From a virus, in IMG/VR virus record IMGVR_UViG_3300025651_000001: a stretch of DNA of 60,471 nucleotides; one strand, written 5' to 3'. The translations under genes were made by a program, and so were the position numbers. Below are positions 1 through 6,822 of the stretch, in pieces. How positions within the stretch are numbered: the stretch's first letter is position 1; each line of letters begins with the position of its first letter. The notes beneath the pieces were generated by a model. It was not told where the DNA came from, ran no database searches, and saw only the letters and a program-made list of their open reading frames with translations.

Positions 1-33
1 CGAAAAAAGTTGCCTCCGAGACAACTTTTTCGC

Positions 34-62
34 TTGACTTATCTCCGGTCCTAGGTTATCCT
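34..62 (+). promoter_or_regulatory. Early sigma70-type promoter PE1 (TTGACT, 17 nt, TATCCT)
   Basis: -35 at 34-39 and -10 at 57-62 with a 17-nt spacer. An A6...T5 flanked palindrome (AAAAAAGTTG...CAACTTTTT) lies at 3-30, in the UP-element position. The same architecture recurs at 2744, 56946 and 59002. Confidence 0.7.
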
Positions 63-74
63 GAGACTATAGAA

Positions 75-91
75 AGAGGGAGACACCCTCT
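75..91 (+). promoter_or_regulatory. 5' UTR hairpin (AGAGGG-agaca-CCCTCT) just downstream of the predicted start site
   Basis: Perfect 6-bp stem. An equivalent GAGGGC-N3-GCCCTC stem sits at the same position after PE3 and PE4. Confidence 0.55.
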
Positions 92-112
92 GGACTGGAA
101 GGGAGAAGTAGG

Positions 113-343
113 ATGGCTCAGTATCTCAACACCCGCGACGTGAACGCCCTCTTCGCAGCGTGCGTGCTGGGCGCCGGCCCTGAGCTGGTCAACGAGGCGC
201 CCATGGTCCGCAAGCAGGGCAACGGCTGCTTCACCGGCTTCGTCCGCCGCACCTACTCCGACGGTTCGGTCACCGACGTTGTGTTCATCGAGAATGCCGC
301 AACGGTTGAGGCGGTCAGGGAAGCATATGAGGCGGCGCACTAA
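113..343 (+). CDS. Hypothetical early protein (76 aa)
   Basis: ATG lies 7 nt after a GGAAGGGAGA RBS. It is the first ORF after PE1. No recognisable motif. Confidence 0.7.
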   Translation: MAQYLNTRDVNALFAACVLGAGPELVNEAPMVRKQGNGCFTGFVRRTYSDGSVTDVVFIENAATVEAVREAYEAAH

Positions 344-351
344 GCGCCGCC
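331..351 (+). promoter_or_regulatory. Hairpin GGCGGCGC-ACTAA-GCGCCGCC with the stop codon in its loop
   Basis: 8-bp GC stem. The TAA stop of ORF 113-343 lies in the loop. A near-identical copy is at 571-589. Confidence 0.5.
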
Positions 352-390
352 AGGCCAGAAAGCTCTATCGCAACACACGGAGATACAGAC

Positions 391-582
391 ATGACTGAGG
401 ATCAGATTGAACGGCGCGTCGAAATGATCATGGATGCCCTTGACGCGCGGCTTATGTCCGGCAGCCTGTCGCAATCTGACTATGATCAGGAAGTGAAGCG
501 GCTTAGAGCCTGGGCGGAACAGCAATATCAGAAGTCGCCGCCATCGCCGTTCGGCGACGAACCGAAGGGAGCGGCGCACTAA
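391..582 (+). CDS. Hypothetical early protein (63 aa)
   Basis: GGAGA RBS upstream of the ATG. The protein ends ...GAAH followed by the same stop hairpin as the previous gene. Confidence 0.65.
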   Translation: MTEDQIERRVEMIMDALDARLMSGSLSQSDYDQEVKRLRAWAEQQYQKSPPSPFGDEPKGAAH

Positions 583-589
583 GCGCCGC
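571..589 (+). promoter_or_regulatory. Second copy of the stop-codon hairpin (GCGGCGC-ACTAA-GCGCCGC)
   Basis: 7-bp stem. The TAA stop of ORF 391-582 lies in the loop. Confidence 0.5.
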
Positions 590-611
590 CACCACCAACG
601 GAGGGACGACC

Positions 612-842
612 ATGCCCAGCAAAGTCTACCAGAGCGATGTCTACGCAGCCGACGGCTGCTGCGGAGCATACACCGAAGTCACGCGCCGCGACGGCCGCAT
701 CGTGGCGCGCACCATGCGCCTCTACACGCACGGGCCGACGGAGCGCAACCCATGGAAGCCGGCGACGGCGGAGGATATCGAGCGCGCCCGCGCCCCGATG
801 GCGTGGCTGGACGAAGTCAGCCGCACTGCGAGGGAGGATTAA
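612..842 (+). CDS. Hypothetical early protein (76 aa)
   Basis: GGAGGG RBS 6 nt upstream of the ATG. GC-rich third codon positions. Confidence 0.65.
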   Translation: MPSKVYQSDVYAADGCCGAYTEVTRRDGRIVARTMRLYTHGPTERNPWKPATAEDIERARAPMAWLDEVSRTARED

Positions 843-845
843 CCA

Positions 846-1037
846 ATGCTCAACGGAAGGGGCGGCCTGCGCCTGCAACTTCACCCCGGCTTCCGGGCCG
901 GAGATAGTGCCCTGGCCCAAGCAGCCAGATCAGTGACAACAACCAAACAACGGGGAGGATGGTGGTGGGGATGGTTGGTTGTCCAGTCAGCGCTCGTCTT
1001 CCTCGCCGGTTGGCTGGTTGGCTGCTGGCTCTGGTAG
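846..1037 (+). CDS. Possible small protein with a Trp-rich hydrophobic C-terminus (63 aa)
   Basis: GGGAGGA RBS before the ATG. Codon usage is mixed, and the 3' end overlaps the convergent terS-like gene. Confidence 0.35.
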   Translation: MLNGRGGLRLQLHPGFRAGDSALAQAARSVTTTKQRGGWWWGWLVVQSALVFLAGWLVGCWLW

Positions 1038-1640
1038 CTGATTGACTGTGTCGGGAGGAATGGTTGGTTGTTGTGACAGCTGGGCGTCAGCCCCGTGCTG
1101 CGCCATCCATTCCTCCATCGACATCGACGCCGGTACAACGAGGACACCACCTCGGACTGTGGCATCCACACTGACGTTGTCCCTGAACTTCTCAGGGATG
1201 TGGGCCCTCAGCATCAGCTCCATCAGCCGGTCACTCCGGCGCCGGATGGATCCGACGATACGTCCCTGGTAGAACACCGGCTCATCCCAACCCTCCACGG
1301 CACGCTCAAAGGCGGCCGAGTGGAGCCGGTGACGGAACCCTTCCATAGCCTCCACGCACGCCGCGTCAAAGTCGGGGAACATCTCCCGATGCTCCTTCAC
1401 CGTCCTCCAGGAAGTGCCCGCCGCAAGCTCAGCGCCACGTGCATAACCCATCTCCTCCAGCGCTGAGCAGTAAATCGCCTTCTGGTGAGCCGTGAGGAAG
1501 TTGGACGCCCCACGCGCCTTCATCTCCTCGTCCTGCGCCTGGAAGCGCTCCGGCGCGAAGTGCGGCTTGATCACCGGCCCCTCGGCCGACGATGCCAGCT
1601 CAGCGTTCTGCTCACGTGCCTTGAACTGTCCCAGTCCCAT
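987..1640 (-). CDS. terS: Terminase small subunit-like HTH protein (217 aa from ATG 1640; the ORF extends to a TTG at 1664)
   Basis: The N-terminal segment LTAHQKAIYCSALEEMGYARGAELAAGTSWRTV looks like an HTH. The segment ERAVEGWDEPVFYQGRIVGSIRRRSDRLMELMLRAHIPEKFRD matches the pattern I associate with proteobacterial phage TerS proteins. Recognised by eye only. Confidence 0.5.
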   Translation of the reverse strand: MGLGQFKAREQNAELASSAEGPVIKPHFAPERFQAQDEEMKARGASNFLTAHQKAIYCSALEEMGYARGAELAAGTSWRTVKEHREMFPDFDAACVEAMEGFRHRLHSAAFERAVEGWDEPVFYQGRIVGSIRRRSDRLMELMLRAHIPEKFRDNVSVDATVRGGVLVVPASMSMEEWMAQHGADAQLSQQPTIPPDTVNQLPEPAANQPTGEEDER

Positions 1641-1717
1641 GCCGCACCCTAATCGCGGAGGCAAAACATATCGCGTGCGATATTATCGCCTTCCCCTCCA
1701 ACAGGCAAGGATCCAGC

Positions 1718-1815
1718 CACACCAGGCGCCAGTCACCCGGTCACACCAGGCGCCAGTCACCCGGTCACACCAGGCGCCAGTCACCCGGTCACACCAGGCC
1801 ATCCGGTCACCCGGC
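1718..1815. repeat. Tandem array of 3 perfect plus 1 degenerate copies of the 24-bp unit CACACCAGGCGCCAGTCACCCGGT (iteron-like)
   Basis: Units at 1718-1741, 1742-1765 and 1766-1789, with a partial unit at 1790-1814. The array lies between AT-rich island A and the terS-like start. Confidence 0.9.
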
Positions 1816-1816
1816 C

Positions 1817-2093
1817 CCTAAGCCCAATCACACCGGGTCACGACACCATCTTAGCTATCTTAGGATAGCCACACATCCACCACTAACCCAAGACGTCCAA
1901 AAAGTCATAAAAATCAGCCTCTTATATATTATTATATATATATCTTATTATAAAAAGAAATATATAGACGGGGCTCCGTCCTCTATCCCTCTTCCCCTCG
2001 CCCGCTACGTCTAGCGATTATCGCAAATTTCCCAAGAATATACCCCCTTTACGCATAAGCCCTTGATCCGACGTGACTTTTCCACATCTTAGG
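1817..2093. repeat. AT-rich non-coding island A (AT core about 1898-1967) with TCTTAGG/CCTAAG motifs; paralog of island B
   Basis: Sharp AT-rich stretch (cttatatattattatatatatatcttattataaaaagaaatatatag) in a GC-rich genome. TCTTAG(G/C) occurs at 1849, 1858 and 2087, and the palindrome GCTATCTTAGGATAGC at 1854-1869. About 200 bp aligns by eye with 33130-33270. Confidence 0.8.
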
Positions 2094-2201
2094 TTCCGAA
2101 CCCACATAAGTAGACGCACCCAATATGCCTAACCAACGGAACCGCCTAGCTTTTTCCACGCCACAGCGCTATCCTCCCCGCGCGAGCAAGGGAGAAAACA
2201 C

Positions 2202-2714
2202 ATGTCGAATGAGATTATCCACAACTTCCCAGCCCACCGCTATCCCGACTGGGGTGCCCTGCGCGTGGGCGACACCGTCATCCTTCTAGACGGTCCGCAG
2301 CACATCGGCCACGTCCACCAGTCCATCATGCAGTGGGCCCGTCGCCACAATCCACTCGCACGGTTCCTCGTGCGCCCCGGGCCCCAGCCGGCACGCTTGG
2401 TGAGCACAGGGGCCTCCGACGGCCGCCGGCGCCTCGCCTGCGACTGGATCATCGAGCGGCGCCGCGACGCCACGCCCGCGCTTCACAAGCGGCTCAATCC
2501 ATACGGTCCCAGCCGCGCCGCGCTGCGTCGCCAGGGCCAGCGCCAGCCGCCGACATCCTGGGCCGCCCTGCGCGTGGGCGAAAGCATCGACGTAGACCTG
2601 CCGCCGGCCTTCATCGCTGAGCGCATCGAGTGGATGCGTCGGGACCGGCCGCGCTGCGACTGGCAGGTGGAGCCACTGCCCAACGGCGGCACGCGCGTGA
2701 CCCGGACGGCGTGA
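2202..2714 (+). CDS. Hypothetical protein with an internal duplication (170 aa)
   Basis: AGGGAGA RBS. Two related halves are visible (WGALRVGDTV...MQWARRHNP and WAALRVGESI...IEWMRRDRP). Confidence 0.65.
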   Translation: MSNEIIHNFPAHRYPDWGALRVGDTVILLDGPQHIGHVHQSIMQWARRHNPLARFLVRPGPQPARLVSTGASDGRRRLACDWIIERRRDATPALHKRLNPYGPSRAALRRQGQRQPPTSWAALRVGESIDVDLPPAFIAERIEWMRRDRPRCDWQVEPLPNGGTRVTRTA

Positions 2715-2743
2715 GTGGGACAAAAAATTTTTCGCCAACCCAC

Positions 2744-2772
2744 TTGACTTATCTCCGGTACTCCGCTAATAT
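2744..2772 (+). promoter_or_regulatory. Early promoter PE2 (TTGACT, 17 nt, TAATAT)
   Basis: The -35 and first part of the spacer (TTGACTTATCTCCGGT) match PE1. An AAAAAATTTTT tract lies upstream. Confidence 0.7.
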
Positions 2773-2828
2773 GCTATTCAGGGTTGAGGCGGATGACCCG
2801 CCGGCCTAATTGGAAGGGAGACACTGCC

Positions 2829-3662
2829 ATGTTCGTTTACGACATCAACAAGGTCCAGATCATCCCCGTTGCCGACGCCGCGAAGGGCAAGGCACTCGCG
2901 GACGAGGTGGGCGGTTACTTCGTCGCCGCTCAGGAGGACCTGAGCGACATGACCAACTACCAGCTGGTGCAGCTGTTCAACTCGGCGCTCAAGCACCAGC
3001 CGAAGGATGCCCCGGTGCGGGAGCCGGTGAAGAAGTTCGCTGACAAGACCAGCGCGCTGCGCCGGACCTGGGAGGTTGTCCGCGCCATCGAGCTGCGCCA
3101 GCCGGCCCCGACGAAGGAACCGATTGAGCCTCGGAAGGCATCGCGCCAGAAGGGCGGCTGCTTTTTGGCGCCAAAGGAGCGGGCCGTGGCCTGCCGCGAG
3201 GGCACCAAGCAGGCCGCCTTCATCGACACGATGTGGAACGGTGGGACGGGCCGGGGCGCGACCTTCCGTGAGCTTCTGGAGGCCACGAGCGGCGGCAAGC
3301 GGCCCTGGCGCGAGGTCACCGTGCGTGCGGCCTTCTCCTGGGACGTCAACCACGTGAAGGGCTATGGCGTGCGCACCGTGTTCATGAACGGCGAGGAGCT
3401 GTGGCGGAACGGCCACGCGGCCGATGCGGTGGAGTGCGGCTGGCCGCTCGCCCACGTCGATCCGGAGAAGGTCACCGAGGAGGACATCGCCGCTGCCCGG
3501 ACGGCGCCTGGCTATGATCCTGAGCTCACGGTGCCGACCTATCACCTGGTCATGCCCAAGGGCCTGAAGGCGCCCCTGCCCCATGACCCGCGCAAGGGCC
3601 AGGATCGCCGCGTGGCTGAGCCGCGCATCCCCCTCCCGGCCGCTGCCTGCGCGGCCAAGTGA
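2829..3662 (+). CDS. Hypothetical early protein (277 aa)
   Basis: ATG lies 8 nt after GGAAGGGAGA. The 45-nt TTG-initiated extension in the ORF track is rejected. Confidence 0.75.
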   Translation: MFVYDINKVQIIPVADAAKGKALADEVGGYFVAAQEDLSDMTNYQLVQLFNSALKHQPKDAPVREPVKKFADKTSALRRTWEVVRAIELRQPAPTKEPIEPRKASRQKGGCFLAPKERAVACREGTKQAAFIDTMWNGGTGRGATFRELLEATSGGKRPWREVTVRAAFSWDVNHVKGYGVRTVFMNGEELWRNGHAADAVECGWPLAHVDPEKVTEEDIAAARTAPGYDPELTVPTYHLVMPKGLKAPLPHDPRKGQDRRVAEPRIPLPAAACAAK

Positions 3663-3760
3663 CGGGGCCTGCGCGGCCCCCAGCCGGCCCCGGGGCCCAG
3701 CGGGCCCCCCACCGTGCCGCCCCGGGGCCGGCGCCCCACCTACCGGAAGGGAGATATGCC

Positions 3761-3979
3761 ATGTACCACGTGTACGCCCAGACGACCAGCGGCGACCCGC
3801 TGCGGCTGTTCTCGACAGCCCACCTGCCCGTCCTCAGCCAGCTGCTAGGGCTGCATCCCGAGGCCGAGCGACTCATCAAGCGCGAGGCCCGGGAGGAGCG
3901 CAACCCGTGCCATGTCTTCTTCGGCCGCGTCCACCGCGTCCTCGGCCACAGCGCCTTCATCGTCCAGTGGGAGGAGTGA
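3761..3979 (+). CDS. Hypothetical protein (72 aa)
   Basis: ATG follows a GGAAGGGAGA RBS. The upstream part of ORF 3659-3979 lacks an RBS. Confidence 0.65.
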   Translation: MYHVYAQTTSGDPLRLFSTAHLPVLSQLLGLHPEAERLIKREAREERNPCHVFFGRVHRVLGHSAFIVQWEE

Positions 3980-3980
3980 C

Positions 3981-4316
3981 ATGCTGGCCATCGTCCTGCG
4001 CACCACGGCCCTGGCCGGCGCGCTCGTCGCAGTCGCGGCGCTGCCCGCCTCCCTTGTCGGCGGCATCGCCCAGTCGCTGGAGCTCAGCCGCGCCGTGACT
4101 GCCGGCCTCGTCCTGGCCGTCTGGTCGGCCGGATTCATCGGCCTGGCCGTCCTGTGTATCGTCTGCGTGGGCCTCGCCCTGCAGGCGGAGCGCGCGACCG
4201 ACGTGCTCAGCCAGCGCGTCAGTCGCCTCACCCAGCCGCCCGTCATCCCCGCCGTCACCGGCGCTGGCGTGCAGCTGACCTTCGGCCGCCGTCAGTCCGG
4301 CGCCGGCCTCGTGTAA
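3981..4316 (+). CDS. Small membrane protein (111 aa, 2-3 hydrophobic segments)
   Basis: GGGAGGAG RBS. Long hydrophobic runs (ALAGALVAVAALPASLVGGIA; GLVLAVWSAGFIGLAVLCIVCVGLAL). Confidence 0.65.
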   Translation: MLAIVLRTTALAGALVAVAALPASLVGGIAQSLELSRAVTAGLVLAVWSAGFIGLAVLCIVCVGLALQAERATDVLSQRVSRLTQPPVIPAVTGAGVQLTFGRRQSGAGLV

Positions 4317-4329
4317 GGGAGGGAGTATC

Positions 4330-4620
4330 ATGTTCAGGACTGCCATCGTCACCGCCGGCCTCGTGCTGGCGGCAGCCGGCGCCCAGGCGGACCGTCTGCG
4401 CGTCATCCAGCCGGTCCAGAGCGGCGACCCGTTCGTGGTCATCCAGCAGACGACCGGGCCGGCCCGCATCCTCCACGTTGTCCCGCCGGACAGCTATGTC
4501 GGGCCGCGCGACGCCGGCCGCCTCGTCGTCGATGACCGGCGCCCGTGCGTGCGCGCCCGGTTCACGGTCACCAGCCAGGGAGGGCGCATCCAGGTCACCC
4601 GCCGCGCGTGCGAGGAATGA
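4330..4620 (+). CDS. Secreted or periplasmic small protein (96 aa)
   Basis: AGGGAGGGAG RBS. The N-terminus MFRTAIVTAGLVLAAAGAQA looks like a signal peptide. Confidence 0.65.
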   Translation: MFRTAIVTAGLVLAAAGAQADRLRVIQPVQSGDPFVVIQQTTGPARILHVVPPDSYVGPRDAGRLVVDDRRPCVRARFTVTSQGGRIQVTRRACEE

Positions 4621-4874
4621 CTGGCGGCCGGGCGCGCGACCGCTCGACGCCCCACCAGCGGGCCAAGATCGGCGCGGGGATCCTGGACCGCCACGTGCGG
4701 TCAGCGCTCGACACCTACTGCGACCGCTGTGCGCGGGATGGTGTCGAGCCAATCGAGTGGCTGAGCGATGTCGTCGCCCAGCACACCGACGAGGTGGCGC
4801 AGCTGTGCCAGGTCAGCCGAGACCTCCTGTGGGCCACCTGGCTGACCCTGGATGCGACAAGACGGAGATACTAA
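4617..4874 (+). CDS. Hypothetical protein (85 aa)
   Basis: ATGA start/stop overlap with the previous gene. GAGGA RBS. Confidence 0.55.
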   Translation: MTGGRARDRSTPHQRAKIGAGILDRHVRSALDTYCDRCARDGVEPIEWLSDVVAQHTDEVAQLCQVSRDLLWATWLTLDATRRRY

Positions 4875-4875
4875 G

Positions 4876-5157
4876 ATGACCCACTGGACCAATCGCGTTG
4901 AGACGATGAGTGACCCGCTGGGCGGCACCGTCCTGGGGCTGTCGGGCCGGCGCTATCCTTACCGGCTGGAGCGCGCCCGGCGCTGGAACATAGGCCTCCG
5001 GCGTCACAGCGTTGAGCTCACCGGCCGGATTATCCTCACCCTCGACGGTCGGTTGTCCTACCATGACACCTGGCAGCAGTGCCTCGATGCCGTGGACGAC
5101 TATGAGCGCCGCGAGAATATCAAGCCAATACTGGAAACTACTGTCGTCGAACAATAG
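4876..5157 (+). CDS. Hypothetical protein (93 aa); last gene of the rightward block
   Basis: ATG lies after GGAGATAC. A strong terminator follows. Confidence 0.6.
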   Translation: MTHWTNRVETMSDPLGGTVLGLSGRRYPYRLERARRWNIGLRRHSVELTGRIILTLDGRLSYHDTWQQCLDAVDDYERRENIKPILETTVVEQ

Positions 5158-5277
5158 TCTCGTGGCCTATACTGAGGAGCTCCGGCCCAGCCGATCCTGG
5201 CGGGCCTCGGGCCCGGCGTCTGGGCGAAGGTTCGCCCTCGCCGAGAATGCGCAGAGACACACCCTCCGCTGGCGAAA

Positions 5278-5320
5278 GGGCCGGGGCTGTACCGTACTAC
5301 AGCCCCGGCCCTTCTTCTGT
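5278..5320 (+). terminator. Intrinsic terminator of the rightward early block
   Basis: 13-bp GC stem GGGCCGGGGCTGT / ACAGCCCCGGCCC followed by TTCTTCTGT. Confidence 0.75.
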
Positions 5321-5387
5321 GCCCCTGCCTGCCCTCTGCTGACCGCCGCACAGGAGGACGGCTGCGGCCCGGGCATCGCGGACGGAT

Positions 5388-5425
5388 GTGCCATAAGAGA
5401 AGGGCGCCGGCTGGAGCCGGCGCCC
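5388..5425 (-). terminator. Intrinsic terminator of the leftward middle block
   Basis: 10-bp stem GGGCGCCGGC-tgga-GCCGGCGCCC. On the - strand it is followed by TTCTCTTATGG. Confidence 0.65.
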
Positions 5426-5562
5426 GAAGTCTGGGAGGGGAAACGAAAGGAAACGCCCAATGCGGTCGGGTGCGCGACAGAACGGGAGACGCACCCGAGT
5501 TGATCTTAGACTGACTTCTGTGCGAGGGCAACCACTCGCAGCAGCTGCCGCTCGCCCCATCA

Positions 5563-5943
5563 TCAGTCGTTCTCCCCGCCGACGTACACGCTCGGGGCCT
5601 CTGTCCGAAGTTTGTTCACGTGCCACCAGGCCAGCAGCGCGGCGCTGGAGGCCAGCATGCCCCGGAGATGGTCTGGGACGCTCCGGCCCATGTTCCTCTC
5701 CACGAGGGCGCACATGGAGGCGAGCGCTACGGAGATGGCGCTAAACAAGACGCGAGGATCGACGTTGTCACGCCGGCACTCGTTGGCGAAGTCGGCCAGC
5801 GTCTTGTTGAGCCTCTCGGACAGTCGAACGCTCACCCCTTCCTGGACGGCCCGCATCAGATCAGGTCGGATGGACTGGATGTCAATCATCTCCTCCACCA
5901 GGCGGTTCAGCAGCTCGTCCTGGACGGTCTTGGGCGGACTCAT
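5563..5943 (-). CDS. Hypothetical protein (126 aa)
   Basis: ATGA overlap with the upstream gene. No recognisable motif. Confidence 0.65.
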   Translation of the reverse strand: MSPPKTVQDELLNRLVEEMIDIQSIRPDLMRAVQEGVSVRLSERLNKTLADFANECRRDNVDPRVLFSAISVALASMCALVERNMGRSVPDHLRGMLASSAALLAWWHVNKLRTEAPSVYVGGEND

Positions 5944-6677
5944 TGGTTACCTCCGTCATACTCCATCTTGAGTTTGAGCCGGCACGGGTCCTCCCCGACG
6001 CGCTCGACGATGATGCGCGGCTGCTGCCCGTCTGCGAGGATCGTGTTGAGCGTCTCCACCGCCTCGATGGCCCTCTCAATTCGCGATGGATCGAACAGCC
6101 TGGCCGGCGGCAACGGCGAGGGCTGCGCAACCGCCGGCTCGATGGTCCCGGCCTCCTCCCCGTCGCCCCGGCGGGCCCGCGTGACGCGCGGCAGCTCCTC
6201 CAGGTCGTCGGTCTTCAGCGCAGCGATCAGCACGGTGAGCTCGGGTTGCGGCTGGAGGATATCCCATCTGCAGCGGGTGCGCCGGAAGGGCGGCCGGGGC
6301 GTCTGGGACCTCTCGCTGTAATGACTGAACTGGATCCGATAGACGTCACCCCTCGGCGCCAGGTGTGGCTGAGCCCCGCGCCGGCCGAGGCGCCCGGGGC
6401 GCCCCTCCAGCCGCACGAACAGATATTGGCCCGGGTCGCTCCAGCCGTCCACCCCGGTCACCTCGCACAGCTCGGCGGTCCACCGCAGCCTCTCCATCCA
6501 GTCGGGGCCGGCCACCTCTGCAATTGTCTGAGGCGCCCTGCTGCTGAGATAGACCGCGAGGCCCGTATGGCCCAGAGTGACAAAACCTCCCATCCAGCGC
6601 GACGGCTCGGGATCGGCCGGCCTGCTCTGGCTGCGCTCGAAGGCCGCGCGCAGCTTCTCCTCCATTGCTGTTCCCAT
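5940..6677 (-). CDS. Hypothetical protein (245 aa)
   Basis: GGAAGGGAGA RBS 7 nt before the ATG. Confidence 0.7.
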   Translation of the reverse strand: MGTAMEEKLRAAFERSQSRPADPEPSRWMGGFVTLGHTGLAVYLSSRAPQTIAEVAGPDWMERLRWTAELCEVTGVDGWSDPGQYLFVRLEGRPGRLGRRGAQPHLAPRGDVYRIQFSHYSERSQTPRPPFRRTRCRWDILQPQPELTVLIAALKTDDLEELPRVTRARRGDGEEAGTIEPAVAQPSPLPPARLFDPSRIERAIEAVETLNTILADGQQPRIIVERVGEDPCRLKLKMEYDGGNQ

Positions 6678-6711
6678 GGCACTCTCCCTTCCTGATCAGG
6701 GCCCGGCGGCC

Positions 6712-6822
6712 CTACGGTGTTGCAAGACGCTCCAGGAGGTAGATCGCCCCCAGGAGCGCCAGAGATGCCGCGAGGATCGCGGCCATGATGCGGACTGCGC
6801 TAAGCCGACGCGGTGCCCTCAT
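6712..6822 (-). CDS. Candidate 36-aa single-pass membrane micro-protein
   Basis: GGAGG RBS, then ATG. Product is MRAPRRLSAVRIMAAILAASLALLGAIYLLERLATP. Below the ORF-track cutoff. Confidence 0.4.
   Translation of the reverse strand: MRAPRRLSAVRIMAAILAASLALLGAIYLLERLATP

Larger units (their letters stand above)
1..127. repeat. Terminal duplication of the window (identical to 60345-60471); marks circular closure, unit length 60,344 bp
   Basis: First and last 127 nt are identical, including a promoter, an RBS and the first 5 codons of ORF 113. Confidence 0.95.

Noticed and set aside
637-936. Alternative 99-aa ORF overlapping ORFs 612-842 and 846-1037.
   Set aside because: It has no RBS and an Arg/Ala/Ser-rich composition. 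The two in-line ORFs each have a GGAGG-type RBS.
5160-5560. tRNA or small RNA gene in the convergent gap. A GGTTCGCCC resembles a T-loop near 5229. The 8133-8521 gap was checked as well.
   Set aside because: No acceptor-stem complementarity or cloverleaf could be built. The hairpins are better explained as the two convergent terminators.
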